The notes under the pieces were generated by a model. It saw only the letters and a program-made list of their open reading frames with translations, did no database searches and had not been told where the DNA came from. DNA of 63,110 bases, the filler included, from Chiloscyllium plagiosum (Eukaryota): assembly GCF_004010195.1 (NCBI RefSeq). It is 5 parts of one record of this genome, joined end to end, with 100 filler letters (N's around TTAATTAATTAA, not from the genome) between each part and the next. Parts side by side here need not be neighbours in the genome. Positions count along the whole stretch, not along the records: positions 11,088 to 29,142 come from NC_057716.1; positions 29,243 to 40,045 come from NC_057716.1; 3 more parts are not named here. One strand, written 5' to 3'. The translations under genes were made by a program, and so were the position numbers. Within the stretch, counting starts at the first letter, position 1. Every line of letters begins with the position of its first letter. This document shows positions 25,190 through 40,045 of the stretch, in pieces.

Positions 25190-26300
25190 AGTCATCGAGT
25201 CATAAAGGTCTACGGCATGGAAATAGGCCCTTTGGTCCAACTTGCCCATGCAACCCAGTTTTAACAATAAAACTATTCCCACTTGCCTGTGTTTGGTCCA
25301 TATACTTCAACATCCACCACATCCATGTACCTGTCAAAATTTTATTTGCTTCCACCACTACCTCTGGCTTCCCTTTCCAGACATTCTTGTGTGAAAAATA
25401 ATAGCTGCTTTGTACCCTTTTGTATCTCTTCCCTTGAACCTATACCCTCTTGTTTTTGATTCACCCACTGTGGGGGAATATCTGTTGGCTATTTACTTTG
25501 TCTAGGACTCTCATGTTTTTATGGACCTTTTTAAAGGCGACCCCTCAGTGTCCTTTGCTCCAGAAGTCAGTCTCAGCATGTTCATCTTCTCCCCATAACT
25601 CAAACCTCCCAGTCTAGTAGCATCCCAGTAAATCGTTCCTGCATTTTTTCTAGTTTTCTAATATCCTTTCTCTAGCATGGTGACCAGAACTGCATGTAGT
25701 ACCCAATTGTAGCTTCACCAAAGTCTTGAACAGCTGCAGAGAGTTATCCCAACTCCTAGACTCAATGCTCTGACCAATGAAAGAAAGTGCAGATCTCTCT
25801 ATTCTGCAACACTCCCCAGGAGGTACAATTGACTGTCTAAATTCTACGCTGGTTTGACCCACCAAAATACAACACTTCGCTTTTATCAAATTAAAATCCA
25901 TTCCCAGTTGGTTAAGATCTTGCAGGATTCTCAGACAACCTTCTTCACCATGCCACAAATCTTGGTGTCATGTGCCAACTTCTTCACCGTACTTCCTAAA
26001 TTCTCATGCAAATCATTTATACAAGTAACGAATAATCATGAACCCAGCACTGATCCCTGTGGCACACAGCTCGTTACAGGCCTCCAGTCTGAAAGACAAC
26101 ACACTACCAGCACCCTCTATGTTCTACTGTCAGGCCAATGTTATATCCAACTGGCTAGCTGTTCCTGGATTTCATGAGATACTACCATTCTCAACAACCT
26201 ACCACGTGATACATTGTCAAAGGCTTTGCTGTAGATGGCGTATACCACACTACCCTTATTTACGCTCTTGTTCGCTACTTCAAAAACTCAATCAATCAGG
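25190..26300 (-). mobile_element. CR1 fragment
   Basis: Degenerate RT (VPQGSVLGS...) and C-terminal motifs on the minus strand. Confidence 0.8.
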
Positions 26301-26641
26301 ATATTGTTTAGCCCACGGTTGGAGTACTGTGAGCAGTTCTGGTCATTGTGCCATAGGATGTGATTGCATTGGAAGGAGTGTAAAGGACATTCACCAGAAT
26401 GTTGCTTGGACTGCAGTGATTTAGCTGTGCACAAGAGGCTAGATCAGCTTGAGTTACTTTGTTTAGAGCAGACACCAGGATATATCAAATTATGAGAGGC
26501 ATGGACAGGGTGAACAGAAACCAGTTATTTTCCTTAGTCAAAGGGCCAAGAGCAATTGCAATATCAAAGGCTGGAAGCTTTGAGGGGACATGACACCCAG
26601 AGGATGGTAGGGGTCAGCACTATTTTGCCTGGGAGGGTAAC

Positions 26642-27195
26642 TGTTACGGACCATGCCAAACTTCAAAATATTTTGAGAAGGTAGCCTAGACCCTAACTTT
26701 TGTTTTAATTTGAAAGGCAGATGTGAAGTGGGTGCTCCAGGTGTGATGTCATTGGTCAAATTATTTGGTTTTAGCAAAACAGAATGTATGTAAACACTGC
26801 AGCTGAGACACGAACAAATGAAAGCAGAATTTCGAAAACATAACTATTGGAAAGCTTAAGTGACCTGATACAGTAACTATTACTAATTACCTGTTCCAAT
26901 ACAGGAACATCACATAAATACACTCCGGGGAAATAAAGGTTAATTCAAACACAGATTTGAACAGGAAGGAGGGAATAACATCCAGAAAGTGGTTTCAGAG
27001 TAAGTCAGAGGATTGTTTTACTGAAACATGCCACTCTCCTGGAATCACACATCTTGTGACTGCTACAGTTAACTTAAAACTAGAAAATTACTGAACTGAG
27101 AAAACTGGCCACTCCCCTTCCATTGTGAAACTAAACCTCTTCAGAACCTCTGCCTTTATGACCTCTCCTCAAAAAAGAATGACAGCATCATAACA
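26642..27195 (-). mobile_element. Solo LTR (554 bp) inserted in a plus-strand CR1 remnant
   Basis: TGTTA...TAACA termini; 5-bp TSD GTAAC at 26637-26641 and 27196-27200; similar to the LTR end at 10160-10205. Confidence 0.88.
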
Positions 27196-27930
27196 GTAAC
27201 TAAGGTGGGAAAACTCAAAACCTTTTAAGATGCACTTGGATGAAAACTGAAAATTCAAGATAAAATGTTGGGAAGTGAGATTTGTTGTAGCTTTTTTTTG
27301 TGTAATTTTACAAGCCGAGTGGATCTATGGGCCAGCTCTGTTCTGTATGATGCAATTATTCTATGATTCTGAGATTAAGGTTCTGAATTCTTTTTTGTCT
27401 TCGAGTTGAGGAAATGTGACCCGGTGTTCACTCCAGTTATTGGTGTGGTCAGTATCAGCTTCACGCTCTGAGTGCTTATTCACACACAGGATTTCCCAAA
27501 TGAGATGTAAAACTGAATTAACGAGGAAAGCAATGCTATAACAGTGCAACAATTCTCAAGGAGCTCTACACCATGAGGTATTGAGTGGCTGAATAGCCTC
27601 AGCAAAATGAATGTCATCATTGAAAAGAATATCAAATAAATTAGATATTCATTGAGTTGATAGCACATGAAATGATGCAAGTATTGTCGTTTTAAGACAA
27701 ATTGCAATTAATGTTTTAGACCTCATAGGATCCAGTCTTTGGAGTATTCAATCACAGACATAAATCTCAATGACATCATGTCATTAAAATAAACCTGTTC
27801 TCATAACCAGGTGTACTCAAAGTTTCCCCTTCGGAGATACCACCCAATATAAAGTCCAATTCCTCAATATTTTTCTGATTCCAACAATTTGCCAGCAGCA
27901 GGAAGGGAAGGTTGTTTCACAAAGTACAAA

Positions 27931-27997
27931 ATGTATCCTGTAAGACAAGTAATTGAAAAAATATACTATACCATTCTTGCCATTGTTTGCATTCCTG
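27931..27997 (+). CDS. GPR139/142-like GPCR first coding exon (short N-terminus and start of TM1)
   Basis: AAAATG start, MYPVRQVIEKIYYTILAIVCIP + G|GTAAGT (phase 1). Matches the IYY..LA..G/C.P exon-1 pattern of shark GPR139-like genes. Confidence 0.85.
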
Positions 27998-28849
27998 GTA
28001 AGTCCTGTAACAACTTCAATTGTATGAATCCCTGGACTAAACCATGCTGATTTCCATTGTACAATTGCTAATTATTTTATTTCCATTTAGCAAGGCAAAT
28101 CTCAATGACAGATGATATTTCCCTCGCTCACGGAGTTTAAAGTGAATATTTTGCTGTTTAGGAGGCTCCTCAGTAATGTGCAGCGTTGTGTGTTTCTCTG
28201 TACTGCGCAGAATCGGTTTGCATTGATGCCACATTGATAGAGTTTTGCTGAGCTTCAGTCCTGACTGCTCGAGAAAGTGTTTAGCAAGACCACGCTCCTC
28301 TCTCTGTTAGTTTAATGCCCGTTATTGGTCAGATGGGTTTTGTAACAACCCACTTCCTAGTGACACCTGGTGTTTCCTATTCCTTGATGGAAAAGGATTG
28401 TGTTGGTGGATCTTGCTTAGGCAGCTTGCTCCAAATAGGAGCCCAGATACAACAGGGTTATGGAGTGATAAGCGAGGATCAGCACGGTGGCTTCAATGAT
28501 CTTGCGTGTTTGCAGCAGTCAGTAGATGTGAGGAGGTGTGATATTTGTAAGAACAGTTCACTCAGAGGGGTACTGAGTGCAGAGTTCCAACTGTGATGTG
28601 TTTTTTTGAAATTATTTGATTGTCAAAAAATCATGTAAACTGCACCATTTGTCAAAAGATGTCAAAAGATACTGTGGTGCAGACTTTAAAAGTACAAACG
28701 CTGAGATCTGGAGCGCTGTGTCAGTAGCTGTCCCAAAGAAAATCAAATAACTTTCACGAACAGAATGTTTCTCACTTTGCCCTTTGCTGTTGTCCTTTTA
28801 TGTTGTCCAACTGATAATTCTGTTGTGTCCAATAATGGAGCTGACAATT

Positions 28850-29142
28850 GTCATGACATCTGCCTTGAAGAGAAATTTTTTCTGTCCGGGTTCTTTTGAA
28901 GAAGTGTTCGGAAATTTGGTGCCAAGGTGACTGCTCCATGGAAAACAGTAAATAAATGTTTTTTTTTCAAGTAGGCAAAAGAAGAATGAGTGGGTGGAAT
29001 CGGACTCTCACAAACCCAGGGCTGACAATTATTGAAGTTTGAGCTTTGGATTGAAACTGCTGGACACAGCTTTCACTCCGCTGCTGCTGCAAAAAGCTTG
29101 CAGTCACTCTCTCTGCTGCTAGATTCATTCCGTTAGCGTTGC
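28850..29142 (+). mobile_element. Probable LTR fragment truncated by a gap
   Basis: Starts TGTCATGACATCTGCCTTGAAGAG, similar to the minus-strand LTR-like start at 42335. Confidence 0.45.
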
Positions 29143-30803
29143 NNNNNNNNNNNNNNNNNNNNNNNNNNNNNNNNNNNNNNNNNNNNTTAATTAATTAANN
29201 NNNNNNNNNNNNNNNNNNNNNNNNNNNNNNNNNNNNNNNNNNTATTCTGTCTCTCGTTGCTATTTTTATTGTACTAGAGCCTCTGACTTTCCAACATAAT
29301 GACATGTTAACTCTGTCGTGCCCCAATCTCAGGATTGTTTGATTGCATTCACAGAAACATTTGATCTGTTCCTTAACCAGATGCACCTACTTTTAAAGTT
29401 ACATTTTAATGACTGGAAAAATATTCAGCTCTTAAAATGAACTCATTCACAATAATGAGCCCTCAAAAAAGAGTCAGAGATTTCATTGTTTTCATCCGGA
29501 CTGTAAATGAAGATGGTTCAGTCTGTTAGAGTGCCATCACCTCAGCCATTGTACATCTCCATCGGAATTCTTCAGGGTCATGTCCTAGGCCCCAAAATCT
29601 GCAGCTGCCTCGCCAGTGCCCTTCCCCGCATTGTCATTTCCAAAGTGGAGATGTTTGCTCATAATTGTACAATGTTCAGCATCATTTACTTTCTTAAATA
29701 ATGAAGAGGTCTCTGTCCATATACAGTGTTGTGAAGGTGCCGGTGTTGGACTGGGATGGACAAACTGAAGTCCCACAATACAAGATTATTGTTCAACAGG
29801 TTTATTTGCAATCCCAAGAATTTTGAGAGTTGCTCCTTTTTCAGGTGAAGTGGAGGAAAGCTACTCTGCTTCACGTGATGAAGGAGTAGTGCTCTGAAAA
29901 CTTGTGAAAGCCTGTTATACTATAACCCGATGTTGTTTGACGTTTGAATTTGTTCATATACAGTGAGATAAGATCTGATAATAGACAGTAACATTCGCAT
30001 CCCACAAGTGGTAGGCAATGATTGTCTCCAAACAGTGAGAATCTACTAATCTCTCATTGGATTACTATCTCTGAATGCATGATGACCAATACAAGAGCTG
30101 TGGTAACAGAAGTATGTTAGACACTCTAATTACAATGGCAATAAGCTCCCTACCTGTCTCGCCAATCCATGTCTTCCACCCAGAATACATAGCTCAGTGG
30201 TGGAATGGAATGCTGTCCATGTATCTGGCTGACAGCAGCTCAATTGTAACAATGGGTGCAACATTCACAAAGTACCACACTGTGTAGGACAAACAGTCGA
30301 TTCNNNNNNNNNNNNNNNNNNNNNNNNNNNNNNNNNNNNNNNNNNNNNNNNNNNNNNNNNNNNNNNNNNNNNNNNNNNNNNNNNNNNNNNNNNNNNNNNN
30401 NNNNNNNNNNNNNNNNNNNNNNNNNNNNNNNNNNNNNNNNNNNNNNNNNNNNNNNNNNNNNNNNNNNNNNNNNNNNNNNNNNNNNNNNNNNNNNNNNNNN
30501 NNNNNNNNNNNNNNNNNNNNNNNNNNNNNNNNNNNNNNNNNNNNNNNNNNNNNNNNNNNNNNNNNNNNNNNNNNNNNNNNNNNNNNNNNNNNNNNNNNNN
30601 NNNNNNNNNNNNNNNNNNNNNNNNNNNNNNNNNNNNNNNNNNNNNNNNNNNNNNNNNNNNNNNNNNNNNNNNNNNNNNNNNNNNNNNNNNNNNNNNNNNN
30701 NNNNNNNNNNNNNNNNNNNNNNNNNNNNNNNNNNNNNNNNNNNNNNNNNNNNNNNNNNNNNNNNNNNNNNNNNNNNNNNNNNNNNNNNNNNNNNNNNNNN
30801 NNN

Positions 30804-32630
30804 TGGACTTAGGAGATCTAGGAGGGTGCATGAAATATCTTTAGCCCGTAGGATTAAGGAAAACCATAAGGTGTTCTACACTTATGTGAGGAACAGATGG
30901 CCAGAGTGAGGGTAGGGCTAATCAAGGACAGCAGAGGGAACTTGTGCCTGGAGTCGGAGGAGGTAGGAAAGTCCTTTATTAATCATTATTCACGAGGGTG
31001 AGGGACCTTGACATTTGTGAGGACAGCGTGAAATAGGCTGATCTACTCAAACAGGCTGATGTTAAGAAGGAGGATGTGCTGAAAATTTTGAAAAACATAA
31101 GGATAGATAAATCCCCAGGGTCAGATGGAATATACACTAGGATACTACAGGAAGCGAGGGAAGAGATTGCTGCACCCTTGATGATGATCTTTGTGTCCTC
31201 ACTGTTCACTGGAGTAATGCCAAATGATTGAAGCATGGCAAATGTTATTCCCTTGTTCAAGAAAGGGAATATGGATAATCCTGGGAATTACAAACCAATC
31301 AGTCTTAAGTTTGTGGTGAGAAAGTTATTGGAGAGGATTCTGAGAGACAGGATTTTTGATTACTTGGAAAATTGAAGCTTGATTAGAGATAGTCAGCATA
31401 GCTTTGTGAGGGGCAGGTCATGCCTCACAAACTTTATTGAATTCTTTGAGGATGTGACAAAACACATTGCTGAAGTAAGAGCAATGGATGTGGTGTAATT
31501 AAATTTTTGCAAGGCATTTGATAAGGTACCCCATGGTAGGCTCATTAGAAAGTAAGCAGTTATGGGATACAGGGAAACTTGGCTTCCAGATATAGAATTG
31601 ACTGACCCATAGAAGACAGAGGGTGGTAGTAGATGTAAAATATTCAGCCTGGAGCTCAGTGACCAGTGGTGTTCCTTGGGGATCGGTTTTGTGATTTTTA
31701 CAAATGATGAGGAAGTGGAAGAGTTGGTAAGTAAGTTTGCCGATTGGGTGAATGTTGTTGGAGTGGTGAATAGTGTGGAGGACTGCTGTAGGTTGCAACA
31801 GGACATTGACAGGATGCAGAACTGGACCAATAAGTGTCAGATGTAATTCAGCCTGGAAAAGTGTGAAATGATTAATTTTGGATACTTGAATTTAAATGCA
31901 GAATATAGGGTTAAAGGCAACATTCTTGGCAGTATGGAGGAACAGAGGGATCTTGTCCATAGATCCCTCAAAGTTGCTACCCAAGTTGATAGGGCTGTTA
32001 AGAAGGTGTAGGGTATGTTGGCTTTCATGAGCATGGCAATTGAGTTTCAGAGCCATGAGGTTATGCGGCAGCTCTATAGAGTCCTAGTTAGACCACGGTT
32101 GAAATATTGTATTCAGTTCTGGTCACCTCATTATAGGAAGGATGTGGTAGCTTCAGAGCTGGGGCAGAGGAGATTTACCCAGATGCTGCCTGGACTGGAG
32201 CACATGTCTTATGAAGATAAGTTGAGGAAAGTCAGGGTTTTCTCATTTGAGCGAAGATAGATGCGAGGTGACTTGATAGATGTGTCCATGATGATGAGGT
32301 ACAGAGAGAGTGTATAGCCAGAGACCTTTTTCCTCAGCTAGAAATGGCTATCACGAGACAGCATACATTTTAAGGTGATTGGAGGAAGATTTGAGGGGAT
32401 GTCAGAGGTAGGTTCTTTACACAGGCAGTGGTGGGTGTGTGGAATGCACTGCCAGCAGTGGGAGTAGAGTCAAATACATGAGGGATATTAAAGTGACTCT
32501 TGGATAGACACATGGAAGGTGGAACAATGAAGGGCATATAAATTCCTTTGATCTTGGAGGAGGATAAAAGGTCAGCAGAACTGTGAGGGTTGAAGGGCCT
32601 GTACTGTGCTTTCCTGTTCAATGTTCTACG
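30804..32630 (+). mobile_element. CR1 ORF2 to 3' tail, decayed
   Basis: NPGNYKPISL, GRSCLTNFIEFFE, LVRPRLKYCIQFWSPHYRKD. Confidence 0.92.
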
Positions 32631-33820
32631 TTAACAGCACAGGTTCAATTTCCACACTGGTTGAAGTTAAAAATCACAGAACATCAGGTTATAGTCCAAC
32701 AGGTTTATTTGGAAGCACGAACTTTTGAGGTGCTGCTTCTTTATCAGTGCTTCGAAATCTAGTGCTTCCAAATAAACCTGTTGGACTATAACCTATTGTT
32801 GTGTGATTTTTAACCTTGTCCACCACAGACCAACACCAGCTCCTCCAAACCACGCTGGTTGAGATCACCATGAAAATCCTACCTTCTCAAACCCCCGCTC
32901 CCCTGAGGCATGGTGACACTCAGGTTAAACACACGACCAGTCATGTCTCTGAGAGATCAGCCCTATGGTCTAATGGGACTATAGTGACTTTACTGAAGGA
33001 ATATATATCAAAATCAGGATGGTGAGTGGCTTGAAGGGAACATGCAGGTTGTGGTGTTCTCATGCATCTACTGCCTATTTCTTTAGGAAAGGAGTGGTCA
33101 TAGATGTTGAAGACGCTGTCAACGGAGCACTGGTGGTGGATGGAATGAATATTTGGAGATGTGGTGCCAAACAAACTGGTTACTTCGTCGTAAAAGAGAA
33201 AATGTTGGAGAAACTCAGCAGGTTGGTGTAACTGTCAAAAGAGAAAGAGAATGAATATTTCTAGTCCGACATGACTCCTCGTCAGCACTGTTCTGAAGAA
33301 TAGTTATATTGGACTCAAAATATTAACTTCATGTTTCTCTTCACAGATGCTGCCAGGTTTGCTGAATTTCTCTCGCACTTTCTGATTTCATTTCGGATTT
33401 TGAATGTCTGCAACATTGTGCTTTTATATGGCTGCTTGGTCATGCTGGGATCCCAATTCTTGGGAGATCTTGGAGATATTTCCATCCACACAAGTGGGGA
33501 ATATTCCATCACACTTCTGACATATGCCTTGGAGATGGTGGAGAGGCTTTTGGAGCCATGAGGTACATCCCTCACTGCAGTGTTCTTGCCCCCTGACCTG
33601 CTCTTATAGCCACAGTACTTACATTGTAAATCCATTTCATTTTCAGCTCAGTGTTAACTCCCAGGTTGTTGATCTTAGTGGATTCAGCAACAGAAAAGCC
33701 ATTGAATGTCAAAAGGCATTATTTATGTGATTTATTATTGGAGGTAGTAATTGTTTCACATTTGTTTGGCACAGATGTTAATTGCCATTTGTCAGCCCTG
33801 GAACATAGAACATGACAGCG

Positions 33821-36800
33821 CAGTACAGGCCCTTCAGCCCTCGATGTTGCACTGAGCTGTGAATCCAATCTGAAGCCCATTGAACATGCACTATTCCATT
33901 GTCATCCATGTGTTTATTCAATGACCATTTAAATGTCCTTAAAGGTCACGTGTCTACTACTGTAGACACGTGACCTTTAAGGACATTTCCATGGCCCTAA
34001 TATCTCTGAGAAAATAAACTACCTCTGACATCTGTCCTATATCTGTCACCCCTCAATTTAAACTATGTCTCCTCATGCTAGCCATCTCCATCCAGGGAAA
34101 AAGGCTCTCACTGTCCTCCCTATCTAATCTTCTGATCATCTTGTATGTCTCTTTTAAGTCACCTCTTAACCTTTTTTCCAACAAAAACAGCCTCAAGTCC
34201 CTGAACCTTTCCTCATAAGACCAGCTCCATACCAGGCAACATCCTGGGAAATCTCGTCTGCATCCTTTCCAATGCTTCCATGTCCTTCCCATAATACAGC
34301 GACTAGAACTGTACGCAACACTTCAACTGCGGCCTCACTAGAGTTTTGTACAGCTGCAACATGGCCACATGGCTCTGAAACTCAGTCCCTCTCCCAATAA
34401 AAGCTAAGGAACTGTACGCCTTCTTAACGACCCTATTAGCCGAGGTGGCAACTTTCAGGGATCAATGCACATGGACACAGATATCTCTCTGCTCATCCAC
34501 ACTACCAAGAATCTTCCCATTAATCCAGTACTCTGTGTTCTTGTTGCACCTTTCAAAGTGAATCACCTCATACTTTTTGTGTTAAACTCCATTTGCCACC
34601 TCTCAGCCCAGTTCTGCAGCTTATCTATGTCCCTCTGTAACCTGCAGCATCTTTCCACACTATCCAAAACTCCACCAATCTTAGTATTATCTGCACATTT
34701 AATGAATCTATCGTTCTACACACTCAACCAAGTCATTTATAAAAATGACAAACAGCAGTGGACCCAAAACAGATCCTTGCTGTACACCACTAGTAACTGA
34801 ACTCCAGGATAAACATTTCCCATCAACCACCACCCTCTGTCTTCTTAGACCTAGCGAATTTCTGATCCAAACCATAAAAACACCCTCAAACCCATGCCTC
34901 CTTATTTTGTGCAATGGCCTACCGTGGAGACCCTTATCAAATATTTGACTGAAATTCATATACACCACATCAACAGCTTTACCCTCATCCACCTGCTTGG
35001 TCACCTTCTCAATTAGGTTAATCAGGCACGACCTACCCTTCACAAAACCATGTTGACTATCCCTAATCAACTTGGTCCTTTCTAGATTATTATAAATTCT
35101 AACTCTTCTAGCCTTTGCCAACACTTTACCCACAATTGAAGTAAGGCTCACTGGCCTATAATTACAGGGTTGTCTCTACTCCCCTTCTTGAACAAGGGAA
35201 CAACATTTACTATTCTCCAGTCTTCTAGCACTATTCCTGTAGACAATGACAAAATAAAGATCAAAGTCAAAGGCACTGCAATCTCCTCCCTAACTTTCCA
35301 TAGAGTCCTCGGATAAATCCCATCTTGCCCAGGGGACATATCTATTTTCACACTTTCCAGAATTGCTAACAGTTTCTCCTTATGAACCTCAATCCCATCT
35401 AGATTAGATTAGATTAGATTAGATTACAGTGTGGAAACAGGCCCTTCGGCCCAACAAGTCCACACCGCCCCGCCGAAGCGAAACCCACCCATACCCCTAC
35501 ATTTACCCCTTACCTAACACTACAGGTAATTTAGTATGGCCAATTCACCTGACCCTGCACATCTTTGGATTGTGGGAGGAAACCGGAGCACCCGGAGGAA
35601 ACCCACGCAGACACGGGGAGAACGTGCAAACTCCACACAGTCAGTCGCCTGAGGCGGGAATTGAACCCGGGTCTCAGGCGCTGTGAGGCAGCAGTGCTAA
35701 CCACTGTACCACCGTGCCGCCCACTATCTAGTCTAATAGTTTGTACCTCAGTATTCTCCTTAACAACATTGTATTTTTCCTGTGTGAATACTGATGAAAA
35801 ATATTCATTTTGTACTTTTCCCACTTCCTCGGACTCCACACACAACTTCCCGTTACTGTCCTTGACTGGTCCTAATCTTATTCCAGTATTTTTTGTTCCT
35901 GACATCCCTCCAAAAGCTTTCGGGTTGCCTTGTTCCCACCTGCCAAAGCCTTCTCATGACCTCTCCTGGCTCTTATTAGCTTTCTCTTTCGATCTTTCCT
36001 GGATAATTTTTAAATCTCAAGCACTCCAACTGAACCTTCACATCTCATCTTAAGCGTTCTTCTTGTTCTGGACAAGAGACACAACTTCTTTAGTAAACCA
36101 CGGTTCCCTTCCCTCCCTGCCTGACAGGTACATACTTATCAAGGACATACAGTAGCTGTTCCTTGAACAAGCTCCACATTTCAATTGTGCCCATTCCCTG
36201 CAGTTTTCTTCCCATCCTATGCATCTTAACTTTTGCCTAATCGCATCATAATTGCCTTTCTCCCAACTATATCTCTTGCCCTGCAGGATATACTTTTCCA
36301 TTTCCATCACTGAAGTGAATGTAACCGAATTGTGGTCACTATCACCAAAGTGCTCACCTACCTCTAAATCTAACACCTTACCCAGTTCATTAGCCAGTAC
36401 AAAATCCAATTGTCCTTGCCTCTTGTTGACCAATTTGCATAATGTGTCAGGAAACCGTCCTGCAGACATTGGACAAAAACTGATCCATCTAAAGTACACA
36501 AGCTATAGCGTTTCCACTCAATATTTGGAAAGTGAAAGACATCATAACTATTACCCAGTTACTTTCTCTCCTATCCAGAATAGCTCATGTCCGAAACGTC
36601 GATTCCCCTGCTCCTTGGATGCTGCCTGGCCTGCTGCGCTTTTCCAGCAACACATTTTCAGCTCTGATCTCCAGCATCTGCAGTCCTCACGGCTCCTTGA
36701 CTAACAATGCCACACCTCCCCCTCTTTTACTCCCTTCTGTGTTCATACCGAAAAATCTAAACCCCGGAACCTGCAACAATCGTTCCTGTCCCTGCTCTCT

Positions 36801-37880
36801 GCATGTCTCTTAAATGGCCAGAACATTGAAGTCTTAGGTACCAACCCATGCTGCAAGTTCACTCACCTTATTCCAGAATCTCCTGGCATTGAAGTAGACA
36901 CACTTCAAACCACCTTCTTGCCTGCCGCTACACTCCTGTGACCTTGAAACCTTATTTATGACCTCACTACTCTCAACCTTCTGTACATTGGAGCTACAAT
37001 TCAGGTTCCCATCTTTTGTTGAATTAACTTCAACATTCCTGAAGAGCATAAACAAATTGCCCCCCAAGGATATTGATACCCCTCTGGTTCAGTGTCGACC
37101 ATCCTGTTTGTAGTGGACCCATCTACCCCAGAATGAGCTCCAATTATCCAGATATCTGAATCATTCCTGTAGCCACGTGTTCAACTGCTCTCTCTCCCTA
37201 TTCCTCACCTCGCTAGCAAGTGACATGAGTAACAAACCAGAGATAACAACTAGAACATAGAACATAGAAGAATACAGCGCAGTACAGGCCCTTTGGCCCT
37301 CGATGTTGCGCCGATCCAAGTTTTCACCCTAGCTCCCTAAATTTCTGCCTTAAATCCCCAGCCCTTTTCCTACCTATGTCGTTGGTGCCTATGTGGAACA
37401 TTACTTGGGACTACACCCCTCCCCCTTAAGGATACCGAAAACACAATCAGAAACATCATGAACCCTGGCGCCTGGGAGGCAACACATCAACCGTGAGTCT
37501 CTCTCGTTCCCACAGAACCTTCTATCTGTCCCCCTAACTATGGAGTCCCCAGTGACTAATGTTCTGCTCCTCTTCCCCCTTCCCTTCTGAGCACCAGGGA
37601 CATACTCTGTGCCAGAGACCTGTACCCGATGGCTTATCACTGATAAGTCAACCTCCTCAATAGTATCCAAAACTGAGGGGAACGGCTACAGGGGGTCCCT
37701 GCACTGTCTGCCGGTTCCCTTTCTGTCTCCTGACTGTAATCCATCCACCTTTCCCCTGTACCTGAGATGTGACTACCTCCCTGTAACTCCTCTCAATTAC
37801 TCCCTCAGCCTCCTGAATGATCCGAAGTTCATCCACTCTGACTCCAGTACCCAAACGCCATTTCTGAGGAGCTGAAGTTG
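33821..37880 (-). mobile_element. Near full-length decayed CR1 (ORF1 with SGNH/GDSL esterase, ORF2 endonuclease-RT, tail)
   Basis: ORF1 LVTGDSIVRGTDRRFCG...CCLPGARV; endonuclease LKCVYFNAR and [25 protein letters not shown] and [17 protein letters not shown]. Confidence 0.93.
35400..35724 (-). mobile_element. HE1-like V-SINE nested in CR1
   Basis: (AGATT)n tail and full body. Confidence 0.93.
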
Positions 37881-38699
37881 CCAGGATCTTGCTGCAGAGC
37901 CACGTGGAGTGCTTCAATATCTGAGGAGGGAAGAATGCTGCTTAACGTTGTGTGAGTATTAGCAAACCCTCGGACCCATGACATTCTGCCTGAGGGAAGG
38001 TCAGTTATACAGTCACTGAAAATAGTTAGGGCTAGGACACAATCTTGAGGACCTCCTGCTGTGAGGGCTGGAGCTGAGATGGCTGACTTCCACCAACCGC
38101 ACCAATTGCTGTGGGTCTGGAGTCACATGTAGCCCAGACAAGACAAGGACAGCCCTAATCCCTAAAGGCATTAGAGAACTAGATGGGCTTTAACAACAAT
38201 TGACAAGGGTTTTGTGGTCAACATTAGAGTCGTAATTCCACATGTTTATTAAATTGAATTTCTGACATCTGTCATTGACAGGATTTGACCCAGGTTCAGG
38301 ATAATAGTTGGGAGGTATCTGAATATGAGTCAATTCGATGGCTGGCTTCCTGGCTGATTTAGAATCCAACTTGACATTTCTGTCCCAATTACAAAATAAA
38401 AGTTCAAGTTTTATTATTTCTCATTGAGTGTAATATTATTTTGTCTCTATTTGGTCCCTTGAAAATGGGAATACAGACAGAGTGAGTGAGGGCTGTCAAC
38501 TACATGAACTTGAATCCTATCTGAACAATTGTGAGATGACCAAAGTTGAAATCGGTTAATGAATTCACTCAGTACAAAGTTTAAATGCACTATAGGTGAG
38601 CAGAGTGAGTTGGTTTTCCATGGAAAGGAAGGTATTACGTGATTGTGTGTGCTGTATATCGTGTGTGTGTGAGTGAGAGAGAGAGAGACAGAGAGAGAG

Positions 38700-40045
38700 A
38701 GATAGAATCGTAGAGATGTACAACACAGGAACAGACCATTTGGTCAATTTCATCCAGATATCCTAAATTAATCTCGTCCCATTTGCCAGCATTTGGCTAA
38801 TATCCCTCTAAACCCTCATTGTTCACATATCCATCCAGATGCCTTTTAAATGTTGTAATTGTACCAGCCTCCACCACTTCCTCTGTTTATTCCACACACG
38901 CACCACCCTCTGCATGAAAAGTTGCCCCTTAGGTCCCTTTTAACTTTCTTCCCCACCCCAGGAAAAAATCCTTGTCTACTTATCCTATCCATGCCCCTCC
39001 ATATAAACCTCTATAAGGTCACCATTCAGCCTCCAAAGCTCCAGGAAAAACAACCTCAGACTTTTCAGCCTCTCTCTACAACTCAAATCCTCCAACCCTG
39101 GCAACATTCTTATAAATCTGTTCTGAACACTTTCAAGTTTCACAACATCCTTCCGATAGGAGGGAGACCAGATTTACACACAGTATTCCAAAAGTGGCCT
39201 AAACAATGTCCTGTACAGCCGTAACATGACCTCCCAACTACTTTACTCAATTCATTGACCAATAAAAGAAAGTATACCAAACGCCTTCTTCACTATCCTA
39301 TCTACCTGCGACTCGACTTTCAAGGAACTATGAACCTGCACTCCAAGGTCTCTTTGTTGAGCAACACTCCCCAAGATTTGCCATTAGTGTATAAGTCCTG
39401 CTCTGATTTGCCTTTTCAAAAAGCAGCACCTCACATTTCTTTAAATTAAACTCCATCTGCCACTCTTCGGCCCACTGGCCCATCTGGACATGATCCTGTA
39501 TATTCTGAGGTAACCTCCATTTTGATGTCATCTGAAAACCTCTGAACTATACCTCCGGTGTTCACATCTAAATCATTTATATACATGACGAAAAGAAATG
39601 GACCCAGCACCAATTCTTGTGGCACACCACTGATCAAAAGCCTCCAGTCTGAAAAGCAACCCTCCACCAATACCCTCTGTCTTCTACCTTTTGAGCCAAT
39701 ACTGTATCCAAGTGGCTGGTTTTCCCTGAATTCCACGATATCTAATCTTGCTCACCAGCCAACCATGTTGAACGCCTTACTGATGTTCATGTAGATCACA
39801 CCCACTACTCTGCCCTCATCAATCTTCTTCACAAGCACAAAGTCATGCTGACTATCCCTAAACAATCCTTGTCTTTTCAAATATATTCCCTCCAACAACC
39901 TGCCCGTCATCGATGTCAGGTTCACCGGTCTATAGTTTCCTGGCTTTTCCTTACCATCTTTCCTAAATAGTGCCATTACATTAGCCAACCCTCAGTCTTC
40001 CAGCAATTCACCTTTGACTATCAATGACACAAATGTCTCAGCAAG
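38700..40045 (-). mobile_element. CR1 3' fragment
   Basis: PGNYRPVNLTS, WAEEWQMEFN and tail. Confidence 0.9.
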
